A DNA stretch of 64,000 nucleotides from positions 1 to 64,000 of the IMG/VR virus record IMGVR_UViG_3300042907_000878; one strand, 5' to 3'. The DNA comes from a virus. The notes below the pieces were generated by a model. The model searched no databases and had not been told where the DNA came from. It saw nothing but the letters and a program-made list of their open reading frames with translations. Shown one piece after another: positions 51,746 to 61,513 of this stretch. The first letter of the stretch is position 1. Every line of letters starts with the position of its first letter. A program made the position numbers and the translations under genes.

Positions 51746-53248
51746 TTAATCCTTCTCTGTAATCTGCATAATTTTATCTAGTAAGTTAATCCCAAGCACA
51801 TCAAATTTAGTCAAACCAACCTTATCCAAGTCATGCATTTCAAATGCGACTAATCTATGACCATTCTTATCTGTGATAAGAGGTGCGTCATTGATTAGAT
51901 CTTCATTAGAAATAATCACTCCTGCCGGATGTTTTCCTTGAGATTTATAAGTTCCTTCTATTCTTATAGCAAGAGAGAAAAGATCTGACAACTCACCAGA
52001 CAAATTGCCCTCCTTATCAATTCTACACCACTTTTCAAGTTTCTTTGGATCATTTTCAAGAGTCCATCGAATAACTGATTTGATATCCATTTCTTCCAAT
52101 TCATCTGAGATGCTAGCTTCTTGTGGTAAACTCTCAGTGATCTCATTTAACTCACTAAAAGATAAGTCCCCATAAACTCTAGCAACATCCTTGACTGCTG
52201 ATCGACCTTGCAGACGCCCGAATGTAATCATCTGGTAAACTCTTTCATTGCCATACTTATTCTTGATATAGTCAATAATTTCATCGCGGTGAACAGATGG
52301 AACATCCATATCAATATCGGGTAAAGAGATATTATCTTTAGTAAATCGGCCAGCGTTTAAAAATCTAGAGAATAGTAAATCGTATTTCAAGGGATCAATA
52401 TCAATAATCCCAAGTAAATATGACACTAAACATCCACCAGCACTTCCACGTCCCGGTCCCGGTAGCCACTCATTCTTTCTTACGAAGTTAATAATGTCTT
52501 GCACAATTAAAAAGTATCCAGACAGTTCAAATCCATGAATAACAGACAACTCGTACTTAATACGATCAGTATATTCCTTCTTCTTATCATCTTTTAAATG
52601 CATAAGTTTTGCTCGCCAACCATTTCTACATAACTGTGTTAGATAATCATTCTCAGACATATCTGCACAATCTACGCGAGGTAGTTTAGGCTTAGAAAGA
52701 ATGCTATACTGTTGTAATTCAGAGTATAGTTGTTTAGTTCCAAAGTATTGCTTTTCGCTAGGTATAATCCTATGAACTGGATGAAAGAAGTAATGATCAG
52801 ACTCGAAGAACTTTTTATATTCTCCCATATCCACATCTTTAGCTCTCTTGAGTGTAGTTTTAAAGTTAAGACATAATACCATCCTATGAAGAATTGCGTC
52901 ATTTTGTTCAGCATAATAAACCGGCATAATTGCTAGTTGATCTTCTGTATAAAATTGCAAGTCTTCTTTGTCGTATTCTATCTTTTCTTTAGATGCTAAC
53001 TTAATTAAAGCTCTATATCCTTTTAGAGATTTAGCAATATAATACCCATTATCGGCTTGCATTCCAAGAATGGGTACGATCCCAGCTTTATTCATGGCAT
53101 TGAAGAAATCAACAACACCACTAATAGTTTCAATATCTGCAATTAAGCAATGTGTATAGCCTAATTCTTTACATTTTTTAGCGGCTTCATCGGGCTTGAT
53201 GAAACCTTTCAATAATGAATAGTGTGTTGTTATTACTGGCAATATCAT
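51746..53248 (-). CDS. dnaE: DNA polymerase III alpha, N-terminal half (reduced PHP plus palm/thumb with all catalytic Asp)
   Basis: THYSLL, GPGRGSAGG, LLFSRFLN, PDIDMD, GKHPAGV, KFDVLG. Confidence 0.92.
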   Translation of the reverse strand: MILPVITTHYSLLKGFIKPDEAAKKCKELGYTHCLIADIETISGVVDFFNAMNKAGIVPILGMQADNGYYIAKSLKGYRALIKLASKEKIEYDKEDLQFYTEDQLAIMPVYYAEQNDAILHRMVLCLNFKTTLKRAKDVDMGEYKKFFESDHYFFHPVHRIIPSEKQYFGTKQLYSELQQYSILSKPKLPRVDCADMSENDYLTQLCRNGWRAKLMHLKDDKKKEYTDRIKYELSVIHGFELSGYFLIVQDIINFVRKNEWLPGPGRGSAGGCLVSYLLGIIDIDPLKYDLLFSRFLNAGRFTKDNISLPDIDMDVPSVHRDEIIDYIKNKYGNERVYQMITFGRLQGRSAVKDVARVYGDLSFSELNEITESLPQEASISDELEEMDIKSVIRWTLENDPKKLEKWCRIDKEGNLSGELSDLFSLAIRIEGTYKSQGKHPAGVIISNEDLINDAPLITDKNGHRLVAFEMHDLDKVGLTKFDVLGINLLDKIMQITEKD

Positions 53249-54276
53249 TCAACCGCTCCCGGATCTTTATATTTCCCAATTGTGAATCCCGGTTTAGAAC
53301 AATTCTTGACCGTTTCTGTCATTCCAATAGTTTTTAGCTGGTCTTCAATATGATGACACATTGTACTATCTGTTCCGGGCCAATTAGTTTTATAATAATG
53401 ACAAAGTTTTTGACATTTAAAACTGGCTCTTTCTCTAGAAATTGGTTGTGGCGTTTGATTTGATACAATTTCTTTAAATGTACTTTTTAAATACTTTATA
53501 AAGTCGGCATCATCATCTTTATCAAACGCTAGCGAAAATGGGCCACCATCTCTACAAAAGAAAATAGTCATAATGGAATGTCTATGCTTAGGATACATTT
53601 TGCCAATAGCATAGTGGTACAGCAATAGTTGGGTGTCCTTCATAAGTTTATCATAATCTTTCTTTTCTCCGGTAGCCCAATCAAGCCTTTGCCCAGTCTT
53701 CCAATCGATTACTTCTATTGTACCATCTTCCATCTCAGTTACAAGATCAATTGTTCCTTTGATCGCAAGATTTCCAGAAATTTTTTCCCCATTTGGCCCA
53801 TCAAACTCAAACTTTGCCCAATCTTCTAAGATAGGAATGTCAAAGTGGGGTTCCGTATCAATAACTTTACGGTTTCGTGGATCAAACTGACCATTGTTAT
53901 ATCCTAAAGTATCCCAAACCATTTTATAACAGAATTCATAATCTTTTTGATTAAATTCATTATGTGGTGAATTTTTTTTGTAGAAATCAAAACTTCTACC
54001 AAGTATATAATTTACAAAATCATCTGTGTGTAATTGATCATTGGTGAAAGAAAAATCACCCAAGGGATCTTGAGTGACTTTCATTGTACTTCTTTTATTG
54101 AACTGCGTCCGTTTTTTACAGATTGCTAATGTTTCAAGTACTGCGTGAGTAATTGTTCCCAAATCAGCCTTTTTCCCGGAAGGAGAATAGTGGCCTAAAA
54201 CATAAGTCATAAAATATTGCAACTGACAATATTTCCAGTTGTTCAATGAGGAACTTCGAAAATATGTAGTTATCAT
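53245..54276 (-). CDS. PD-(D/E)XK nuclease, Cas4/RecB-like
   Basis: KGTIDLV...VIDWKTG...QLLLY; Cys at N-terminus (KYC) and C-terminus (CQKLC...C). Confidence 0.8.
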   Translation of the reverse strand: MITTYFRSSSLNNWKYCQLQYFMTYVLGHYSPSGKKADLGTITHAVLETLAICKKRTQFNKRSTMKVTQDPLGDFSFTNDQLHTDDFVNYILGRSFDFYKKNSPHNEFNQKDYEFCYKMVWDTLGYNNGQFDPRNRKVIDTEPHFDIPILEDWAKFEFDGPNGEKISGNLAIKGTIDLVTEMEDGTIEVIDWKTGQRLDWATGEKKDYDKLMKDTQLLLYHYAIGKMYPKHRHSIMTIFFCRDGGPFSLAFDKDDDADFIKYLKSTFKEIVSNQTPQPISRERASFKCQKLCHYYKTNWPGTDSTMCHHIEDQLKTIGMTETVKNCSKPGFTIGKYKDPGAVE

Positions 54277-55097
54277 CGGATTTTTGTGAATCTTTCTTTT
54301 TTAACTGCCGGTTCAAGATCTTGCGGAGTTCCAATTACAATTTCTTTTGGTATCCAGTTCCATTCGTATAAAATCTCAAATAATTGTTTGCAAGACTCAT
54401 GAATGGTAAGATTTGCATTGTCAATCACAGCATCGTATTCATTAAATGAGTCTAAATCGACTTCACTTGCGTGACTATCGTGCGTTTCGCCGCGAGTTAG
54501 CCTAATGACTTTTCCTCCAGCAGCTTGAATTGCCTTGACTTCGTTTTCAAATCTTGCATCTGAAATTACCGCAAGTGCCGATTCTTCATTTTTGATATCT
54601 GAAATTGTTCTATTTGTCCAGACATCGGAATATATTTTTCGACAAACATCTGTTCCAAAATATTGAAGTAACTCTCTTCCACTCATATAGCCTGTTTTAC
54701 CCTTGACTTTTGTAGGCATATCTTCCCATTTATATTGTGTTGGAGCATTCTTTTCTTCTTCAGTACCATATACAGACTCTTTTGGAACATTAAATAGCCC
54801 AACAAGAATATCTTTTAATGGTGTTGCAAAAGCGTAGTGCTTAACAAAAGGCCAAACATTGTCTATTGCCCACATTGCAAATGGTACGTCTGTACGAGTA
54901 ACATCAATAATCCCTTTTCCTCTTTTTTCTTCTCCTGTTTCATCTCGCACCAAAGTGTCAATAATTAAGTCGCCTTCATCTATAATTTCAAAACCATCAA
55001 TAATACCAAATGATTTCAAAAAGTATCCATGTAGAAAATTACACATGGTGTTTTTACCGGCTTGCTTTTTACCAGAGAATGCTAAAATCTTACTCAT
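54273..55097 (-). CDS. Deoxynucleoside monophosphate kinase
   Basis: FSGKKQAGK; FATPLK; RELLQYFGTDVCR; ISDARFENE; HASE. Confidence 0.85.
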   Translation of the reverse strand: MSKILAFSGKKQAGKNTMCNFLHGYFLKSFGIIDGFEIIDEGDLIIDTLVRDETGEEKRGKGIIDVTRTDVPFAMWAIDNVWPFVKHYAFATPLKDILVGLFNVPKESVYGTEEEKNAPTQYKWEDMPTKVKGKTGYMSGRELLQYFGTDVCRKIYSDVWTNRTISDIKNEESALAVISDARFENEVKAIQAAGGKVIRLTRGETHDSHASEVDLDSFNEYDAVIDNANLTIHESCKQLFEILYEWNWIPKEIVIGTPQDLEPAVKKERFTKIR

Positions 55098-56170
55098 TAA
55101 AATAATCCTTTGATTTGTGGTTTAAGTTCGTTATTTATATCTTCAATAGACATTTCTCCAATGTCTTTTTTAGATATCTTAGGTGTAAAGTAATTAAATC
55201 TTCTGTCGCCCTTTTTTATAATACCCTCTGCTGCCTTTTGTCCCGCCTCGTCATTGTCAGTTAATATAACAATATTCATTACTCCAAGCTCTTCAAGATT
55301 GATTAATTGGTCTTCGCTAAGGTCAGATCCAAATATACCTGCACAATTTTTAATGCCCGATTCGTATAATCTCCAAACATCACCTTGACCTTCAACCAAT
55401 ACAATCGTTGACGACTTTTGAATATAAGGTTTAGTAACCCATAATCCATACAAAAAGAAAGATTTTTTAAAACCTTTGCTATTGAGCCATTTTGGTTTGG
55501 TCTGTTCGTCTGTTGCTCTCCCAACACATCCAATATATTGAGAGGTTTCATTATAGACAGGAACTACTGCTCGATTGAACATTTGCCTATTAGAATTATA
55601 ACACTCTCCAACATCAAAAGCTATTAAAGTTTCTGGTAAAAATCCTCTATTTATATAGTATTTTGAAGGAATGTCAAGAGTTGATACTACTTGCTCTCTA
55701 GATATGTTTAATTCTATCTTTTCAGATTTACGAGTTAATATTTCATTAATCTTATTAATCTCATATATACTTTCGCTAATCTTTTCTTCTGGTATATCTA
55801 TGATTTTTTTATTTAAAAATGATAGTGAAAAATTAATAGCTTGGTAGAAATTAACTTCTTTACCTTCTCTTTGTGAAAGAACTCCTCTCACAAAGCCTAT
55901 CATATTTTTACCATAATCTTTTTCACATGAATGCGTCCAGCAAACCCAATTTCCTTTAGTTTTAGAGCCATCAGTAAATATACACGACCCCTCACAGTTA
56001 TCTCCTCCATGCACTGGGCATGGGAATGCTAGTCTATTGGGAAATTCTATGTATTCAATTTTTAAAGCGTTAAGTAGAGATGGTGCTTTTTCTGATAATT
56101 CGTTACATATCGAATAAATCTTCTCCCGACTCACTTTCTCGAATTTCGAAGGAGTTGTCTTGACTTGCAT
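55097..56170 (-). CDS. dnaG: DNA primase (Zn finger plus TOPRIM); start uncertain
   Basis: CPVHGGDN...CWTHSC; LVEGQGDV; LTDNDEAGQ. Confidence 0.88.
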   Translation of the reverse strand: MQVKTTPSKFEKVSREKIYSICNELSEKAPSLLNALKIEYIEFPNRLAFPCPVHGGDNCEGSCIFTDGSKTKGNWVCWTHSCEKDYGKNMIGFVRGVLSQREGKEVNFYQAINFSLSFLNKKIIDIPEEKISESIYEINKINEILTRKSEKIELNISREQVVSTLDIPSKYYINRGFLPETLIAFDVGECYNSNRQMFNRAVVPVYNETSQYIGCVGRATDEQTKPKWLNSKGFKKSFFLYGLWVTKPYIQKSSTIVLVEGQGDVWRLYESGIKNCAGIFGSDLSEDQLINLEELGVMNIVILTDNDEAGQKAAEGIIKKGDRRFNYFTPKISKKDIGEMSIEDINNELKPQIKGLF

Positions 56171-57551
56171 TTGCCGCTCCATTCTTAATTTCATCTCTAG
56201 TATACCATTCAGTAAGTTTAGCAATTGCACCATTCATTTTAACATTGATATAGTTACCATATTCAAGTCCAGATCCATGCCTAGCTTTAATAATAACAAG
56301 TTTACGATTTCCATTCTCATCACCATCATCTGCCACTTCTTCATCACTTTTCATTTGAAACTTAGCAACAGTGGATGCAAGCCACTGAAGTCTATCAGAT
56401 TGTGCGATTTCCTCTTCTCGATTAAGCTGCACAAAAGATAAACATGGTAAGTCGTATTTAATACAGAAATCATTCATCTTTGTAATCTGAAAGCCTAAAG
56501 CCTGATATTCTTGCATAGCAGCTGTTAGCCCAGCTGAACTCATCAACTTGAAATAATCGTATATGATTAAGCAGTCTTTAGTTCTACCGTTCTCATCAAA
56601 TCCAACATATTGATGGACCCATCTTTTAATAATGTTAAGGATATTATCAAATGGTTGGCCAGCAATTGATATATAGTGATACGGTATCTTTTCAATCAGC
56701 TTAGCTGCGGCAATCACCTTTTCTTTAGAGTTAAAACTCTTAGCAAAAACCCCTTTTGCAATGTCATTGATCTTAATTCCGCTAATGTTTGCTAGCATAC
56801 GGTTTCTTTGGTCTCCAAGATCCATTTCTGTATCTAAATACAGCACTGGAATATTATAAACCTCTGAAACATATTTTGCAACATTAGTAGAGATAACACT
56901 TTTACCAACCCCAGTTCTAGCACCTATTAGAGTGACCGACTTTCTTCTAAGACCACCTCCGATAGCTTCGTCAAATCTAGGAAAACCCGTAGGAATGCCA
57001 AGATAATCAGAGGGATTATTAATAAGATACTCAACATACTCATCAATGTCTTCGCCAAGAAGAACAGTCTTATTATTTTGCTCTTTATATGCAAGTGAAG
57101 TGATCTCCATGATTGGGGTTTCAACCATGCCAATAATATCTTCTACACTTTCATCGCCTGTAACTTTAGCCATAGACTTGTCACAGATAGATAATGTTTT
57201 CTTAATATCTCTAGCTAATTTAAGCTTAGTTAATTTAGCTGCAAATTTAGGAATGTTATCTTTGTTTATGGGGAAATTAAAAAGCGACCGGATGAAACTC
57301 ATCTCGGTCGATTTATTAATTAATTCATATACACCCAACTTTTGAGCTGTTGAAAATATAGAGAGATATTCAATATTCTGATTATTGTTGATAACATCCT
57401 GCAAGCATGTAAATATAACCTGATTTAATTCGTGGCTAAAGTACTCTGCTTGCAAGAAATCGAGTTCAACATAAACCTCTAGCCCGAACTGGCAGATGCC
57501 AGCGAGGACGGCACGTTCAACTGGAAGGTTCTGCAATTCGGACTGGCTCAT
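56103..57551 (-). CDS. dnaB: Replicative DNA helicase
   Basis: ERAVLAG; IPTGF..FD; GARTGVGKS; DTEM; YDYFKL; QLNR; KARHG. Confidence 0.92.
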   Translation of the reverse strand: MSQSELQNLPVERAVLAGICQFGLEVYVELDFLQAEYFSHELNQVIFTCLQDVINNNQNIEYLSIFSTAQKLGVYELINKSTEMSFIRSLFNFPINKDNIPKFAAKLTKLKLARDIKKTLSICDKSMAKVTGDESVEDIIGMVETPIMEITSLAYKEQNNKTVLLGEDIDEYVEYLINNPSDYLGIPTGFPRFDEAIGGGLRRKSVTLIGARTGVGKSVISTNVAKYVSEVYNIPVLYLDTEMDLGDQRNRMLANISGIKINDIAKGVFAKSFNSKEKVIAAAKLIEKIPYHYISIAGQPFDNILNIIKRWVHQYVGFDENGRTKDCLIIYDYFKLMSSAGLTAAMQEYQALGFQITKMNDFCIKYDLPCLSFVQLNREEEIAQSDRLQWLASTVAKFQMKSDEEVADDGDENGNRKLVIIKARHGSGLEYGNYINVKMNGAIAKLTEWYTRDEIKNGAANASQDNSFEIRESESGEDLFDM

Positions 57552-57552
57552 A

Positions 57553-57933
57553 TTAATTTACTCCATAAAACTTCTTCACAAGTCGAGGCAATTTCTTATA
57601 CGCAGAAATTATTTTATCTGCCTGATCTTGTGTCAGTTGGCGATTTTCTAAGGCTAGATTCTTTTCGGAGATAAGTTGATTATTTGCTTCAAGTAATCTC
57701 TTGTTTGAGTCTAATATACTGTCAATATAAGATTGCGAGTCTGCAAGTTGCAATTCATACTCAAGAATTTGTTTATCTAACTCGTCGATTCGCACCTTTA
57801 GCTCTTCTTCTGTTGAAGTTCCAAATTGGCGATTGGCAAGTTCATATACATGAATTGTTTCAATCTGGTCAACAGCATTTTTAATAATCTCTAGTTGATT
57901 ATAAACATTTAATGGATTCTTTTCTTCACTCAT
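57553..57933 (-). CDS. Hypothetical coiled-coil protein
   Basis: Heptad Leu/Glu pattern; RBS GGAG. Confidence 0.6.
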   Translation of the reverse strand: MSEEKNPLNVYNQLEIIKNAVDQIETIHVYELANRQFGTSTEEELKVRIDELDKQILEYELQLADSQSYIDSILDSNKRLLEANNQLISEKNLALENRQLTQDQADKIISAYKKLPRLVKKFYGVN

Positions 57934-57943
57934 TGTATTCTCC

Positions 57944-58171
57944 TTAAGGGTAAATTCTATAGATTGGATATGGGTAGTACACAGGTTGATATGTTTGAAC
58001 CTGTACTGGCATATAAATTACTCTAGGTACGATTATGTACTGTGGTTGTTGTACTACATACTGATATTGGACTACGATTGGTTGAGGTTGCTGAACCACA
58101 ACTGGAATTTGTGGATTAACCACAAACAATTGACCTAACGACATTGCTGCTAGTGCTACTAGTGTATTCAT
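57944..58171 (-). CDS. Small Q/P/V/Y-rich protein with signal-peptide-like N-terminus
   Basis: MNTLVALAAMSLGQ followed by low-complexity VVQQPQ/YPYP. Confidence 0.55.
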   Translation of the reverse strand: MNTLVALAAMSLGQLFVVNPQIPVVVQQPQPIVVQYQYVVQQPQYIIVPRVIYMPVQVQTYQPVYYPYPIYRIYP

Positions 58172-58243
58172 TTGTCACCCATTTCTCCTATGATTGTACT
58201 GCTAATTATTCTATATGATACTATACAGTAAAACGCTATGAAT

Positions 58244-58272
58244 AGTATAAAACCTATTTTGAAATATGTCAA
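58244..58272 (-). promoter_or_regulatory. Sigma70-type promoter TTGACA-N17-TATACT, pointing into the dnaB/dnaG/dnaE block
   Basis: Minus strand: -35 at 58272-58267, -10 at 58249-58244, 17-nt spacer, intergenic. Confidence 0.7.
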
Positions 58273-58715
58273 GACCCCGAACTCCCAAATCCATTTTCTC
58301 CGCGAGAAGTTTCATTCAAATTATCAACTGACACAGGGGTGAAATCTGGAGCTTGCTGAATAATAATCTGAGCAATTTTATCTCCGGGTGAGTAGACTTG
58401 ATAATCCTCATCATGATTTACTAACAAGACTTTTACCTCTCCACGATATGGGGAATCAATAACTCCAGCCATTGTGTCTAATCCCTTTTTTACTGCATGT
58501 CCAGATCTCGGCCAGATCAATCCTACGAAACCCCTTGGTATTGCCATAGAAATGCCCGTGGAGAAGAGTTTGCGTTGTCCCGGTGCTAATGTGACCACTT
58601 CTTTTTCATCGCAATACAGGTCAAGTCCTGCGTCAAATAGATTTGCCTTATCTGGTAGTTTTGCTGTATTTGTAAGTAATTTGACTGGCAGCTCATGACT
58701 AATAAATGTACTCAT
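58269..58715 (-). CDS. dut: dUTPase (trimeric)
   Basis: AGLDL, PRSG, AGVIDSPYRGEV, GDKIAQ, RGENGFGSSG; likely start at 58715. Confidence 0.95.
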   Translation of the reverse strand: MSTFISHELPVKLLTNTAKLPDKANLFDAGLDLYCDEKEVVTLAPGQRKLFSTGISMAIPRGFVGLIWPRSGHAVKKGLDTMAGVIDSPYRGEVKVLLVNHDEDYQVYSPGDKIAQIIIQQAPDFTPVSVDNLNETSRGENGFGSSGS

Positions 58716-59203
58716 CTGGCCTTTCCTTTCATTATGCAATCGTCGCAACGATATGCTTCTGTATACAATAGATCTTTCAATACTTTTTTTTGCTTTCCGC
58801 ATACTGTACAAGTCATTTCAACCTTATTGACTTTACGTATGATTTTTGGTTTTGCTGGTGGAGTTTTACCTTTTAGATCAGCAGCTTCTACTCCATCGTC
58901 GAGAAATTTATTACTTCTTTCCCCAACTGCTAATGCAATCTTTTTACCGTATTTAAGATCAATTGGGGCTTTATTTTCGACTCTAAATTGTTCTGTTATA
59001 TCAGAATTTCTAATTGAAGAAGAAATCTGTTTCATTAGTTCGACTTTTGGCTTTGCCGATTGTTCTACAGCAGTTAATTCTAAATCAACTTCATAGCTTG
59101 GCAAAGCCTCAAGCATATCAAGTCCCATATTGATCAATTCAACATCGTTTAATAGTTTGCCTTTGGCAATTATTTTTTTTGCCTGTTCCTTAAGATCGCT
59201 CAT
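58712..59203 (-). CDS. Hypothetical protein with C-terminal Zn ribbon
   Basis: CTVCG...RCDDC. Confidence 0.6.
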   Translation of the reverse strand: MSDLKEQAKKIIAKGKLLNDVELINMGLDMLEALPSYEVDLELTAVEQSAKPKVELMKQISSSIRNSDITEQFRVENKAPIDLKYGKKIALAVGERSNKFLDDGVEAADLKGKTPPAKPKIIRKVNKVEMTCTVCGKQKKVLKDLLYTEAYRCDDCIMKGKAR

Positions 59204-59672
59204 AACTTTTATTTCTCCCCATATTTTCAAAAACCTTCATAGCAGTTTCCACTGATCCAATTGTTGCTTCCCCCGCTAATATTCTAGCCTCAGCTGTTGT
59301 TTTAAGCACTTGCAATTTTAATCCTAGTTTATGATTTCTAATAGCTGAATGATACTTCTCTTCCCATTTTGCATATTTGTCATGACTAACGCCTGTAACA
59401 ATATACCATATACCTTGTTCTGCCCAAGCTTTAACAGCTTTTTCCCTTGCTATAATGCTTTTAAGATGCATAAGGTATTGGTTGAGCAAGAAGATCGAGG
59501 CTTGATAATCTGGAAATGTCATGGATTTTAATTCTTCGCGAGAGTAGTGTAGTATCTTTCCCACCTCATCTGCCTTGTCTCCAAAATCAGTGCCATAATC
59601 TATTTTACTCTCTTTAATCCAATTGTCAATGTTTTCATGAAACTTTTTTATCTTATCTTCTAATTCCTCCAT
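59190..59672 (-). CDS. Hypothetical helical protein (possibly a recombination mediator)
   Basis: Helical; two genes downstream of recA. Confidence 0.45.
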   Translation of the reverse strand: MEELEDKIKKFHENIDNWIKESKIDYGTDFGDKADEVGKILHYSREELKSMTFPDYQASIFLLNQYLMHLKSIIAREKAVKAWAEQGIWYIVTGVSHDKYAKWEEKYHSAIRNHKLGLKLQVLKTTAEARILAGEATIGSVETAMKVFENMGRNKSYERS

Positions 59673-60073
59673 ATCTTGCCTCTCCACTCTTCAATAGATT
59701 CGTTATGAAACAGTTCTATTAACTCTAAATTATTTATTTCACACCACTGCTTCTTATCTCTATCTCTAGCTTGAGCCTTGTAAAAATCCATTTTACTCTT
59801 GAAAAAGAAGTTATTAAACTCTGTGTGCTGTTCACCATGAACTTCAACAATAAGTTTTCTCATAGGAATGAAAAAATCCGCCTTGAGGGTGGATTTTCTA
59901 GTTGATGTCTTTGTCCCCGGTAACACTAGCTCTTCTAAAATTCTATCATTAGGATATTTTTCCTTTAATAGTTCTTTAGCTTTATTATGTAGTCCAGATC
60001 TTTTTTCTGTGTCAACAATATTATTACTTGGAATCCATGAATATTCTTGCTGATCCAATCCTATGATTTTCAA
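59660..60073 (-). CDS. Vsr/DUF559-like PD-(D/E)XK endonuclease
   Basis: LKADFFIP...IVEVHGEQH...RDRDKKQWC. Confidence 0.75.
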   Translation of the reverse strand: MKIIGLDQQEYSWIPSNNIVDTEKRSGLHNKAKELLKEKYPNDRILEELVLPGTKTSTRKSTLKADFFIPMRKLIVEVHGEQHTEFNNFFFKSKMDFYKAQARDRDKKQWCEINNLELIELFHNESIEEWRGKIWRN

Positions 60074-61077
60074 TATAACATTTCCTTAACTTTAAGTTCA
60101 AGCAAAGCATAAAATTCTGGATGTTCGCCAAGATAATTATATACTTTTTCCTGCCCCTGAAGTTTAACCTTTTCACTCTCGATAAAATCTAGATTATACC
60201 ATGATCCAGCAACTGAAATTAAACCAAGGTCAATAGCAATCATAAGAATTTCTTGAACTTTATCAATGCCATGACCAAACCTAATCCAACTGTCACAGGT
60301 TTTATATGGCGATCCGATAGAAGAACACAACACATCCCATGTTACCTTAAGGCCGATGACATTCTTATTCTCTTTAGAAGACCCCGCTGCTTCCCAAGGT
60401 ACTACTGTCTTGACTTCCATGCGAGTATCTGCTTGGAATTGGATCTTAACACCACCATCGGCCATTTTTGACTTGCCATAACCACTCGTATTAGTAATCA
60501 TGTGCGTAATAAGAATAATTAAACACTTTTGATTAGGAACTGTTTGCCCCAACTTCTTAACAAAGTCAGAAAGAATCTTAGGTAGCCCCGGCCTTGTCAT
60601 TCCACTAATATCCTCATCAAGATCTCGCAAAGGAATAAGTGATGAGATGGAATCAATTACTAGAACACAACCTTCATTTTCTTTCGCAGCTACTAGTTTT
60701 CTTGCAATGTCAAGAAATGTTTCTGCTGCCAGTGGCTCATCACCAGAACGAATGACCTGAACTTTAGATGGGTCGATTCCCGGAACTTCAAAGTTCATTT
60801 CTTTTAAACGACCCTCAACATCAAGATAGATGATCTTACGACCAAGGGCTTGACAGTTGGCGATAATCTGCATAGTTGTTGTAGTTTTTCCGACCTTTGG
60901 GGGGCCGGACAAGATCATCCAAGAACCCTCTTTAACACCACCACCGAGAGCCAAATCAATAGCAGGACTAATTGATATGGTTTTGTAATTTCTCTTTGTC
61001 TCAAGGACTTTATCTCCTGTAGTAACGTAGTCGCCATACTTTTTTATAAATTCTTTATCCATCACAGTATCAGCCAT
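60070..61077 (-). CDS. recA: RecA/UvsX-family recombinase
   Basis: IDLALGGG, GPPKVGKTT, YLDVEGR, VIDSISSL, GG..IQF, GSWY, QG. Confidence 0.9.
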   Translation of the reverse strand: MADTVMDKEFIKKYGDYVTTGDKVLETKRNYKTISISPAIDLALGGGVKEGSWMILSGPPKVGKTTTTMQIIANCQALGRKIIYLDVEGRLKEMNFEVPGIDPSKVQVIRSGDEPLAAETFLDIARKLVAAKENEGCVLVIDSISSLIPLRDLDEDISGMTRPGLPKILSDFVKKLGQTVPNQKCLIILITHMITNTSGYGKSKMADGGVKIQFQADTRMEVKTVVPWEAAGSSKENKNVIGLKVTWDVLCSSIGSPYKTCDSWIRFGHGIDKVQEILMIAIDLGLISVAGSWYNLDFIESEKVKLQGQEKVYNYLGEHPEFYALLELKVKEMLY

Positions 61078-61513
61078 TTTCAATTTCCTTTAGTCTCTGC
61101 AATAGTGTCTTGTTTCCAAAAGATTGTCTAGGTGTATAAATAGACTCCTTGACTTCTATTATTTCAATTGTATCATGTTTTGGGGCGTTGTCAAGTTCAA
61201 TTCTAATTCTTTGTAAGGAATTTTTGACATTTCTAGCTCCCAGAGAAATAGTCCTGATGCCTTCCTTAGAATTAACAAATTTCATCATAGCATCTTCGCC
61301 AAACTCTTTGATTAGTTTATTTGCTAATCCAATTTGACGAATGTATATACTTTTCCATTTACCTTTATTCCAAAACTTATAAGGTAATGTCCCAGCTTTT
61401 TCATGCTTTGCCTGTCTTTGGCAAATAATCTCAGCAACGTATTGAGCAGGAGTGCAAAAATCCCCGGTAGACGGGGATTTATATTTGCTTAGATCTGTTC
61501 GTCTTTTTGACAT
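61070..61513 (-). CDS. Hypothetical protein
   Basis: ORF coupled to recA. Confidence 0.6.
   Translation of the reverse strand: MSKRRTDLSKYKSPSTGDFCTPAQYVAEIICQRQAKHEKAGTLPYKFWNKGKWKSIYIRQIGLANKLIKEFGEDAMMKFVNSKEGIRTISLGARNVKNSLQRIRIELDNAPKHDTIEIIEVKESIYTPRQSFGNKTLLQRLKEIENG

Noticed and set aside
49224-53248. Split intein or intron joining the dnaE halves
   Set aside because: No Cys/Ser-starting intein-N tail, no HN-ending intein-C leader, and no non-coding space for an intron; the intervening DNA is two tightly packed ORFs.
53245-54276. Cas4-like gene as evidence for CRISPR-Cas
   Set aside because: Solo Cas4/RecB-like nucleases are common in phage replication modules; no array or other cas genes.
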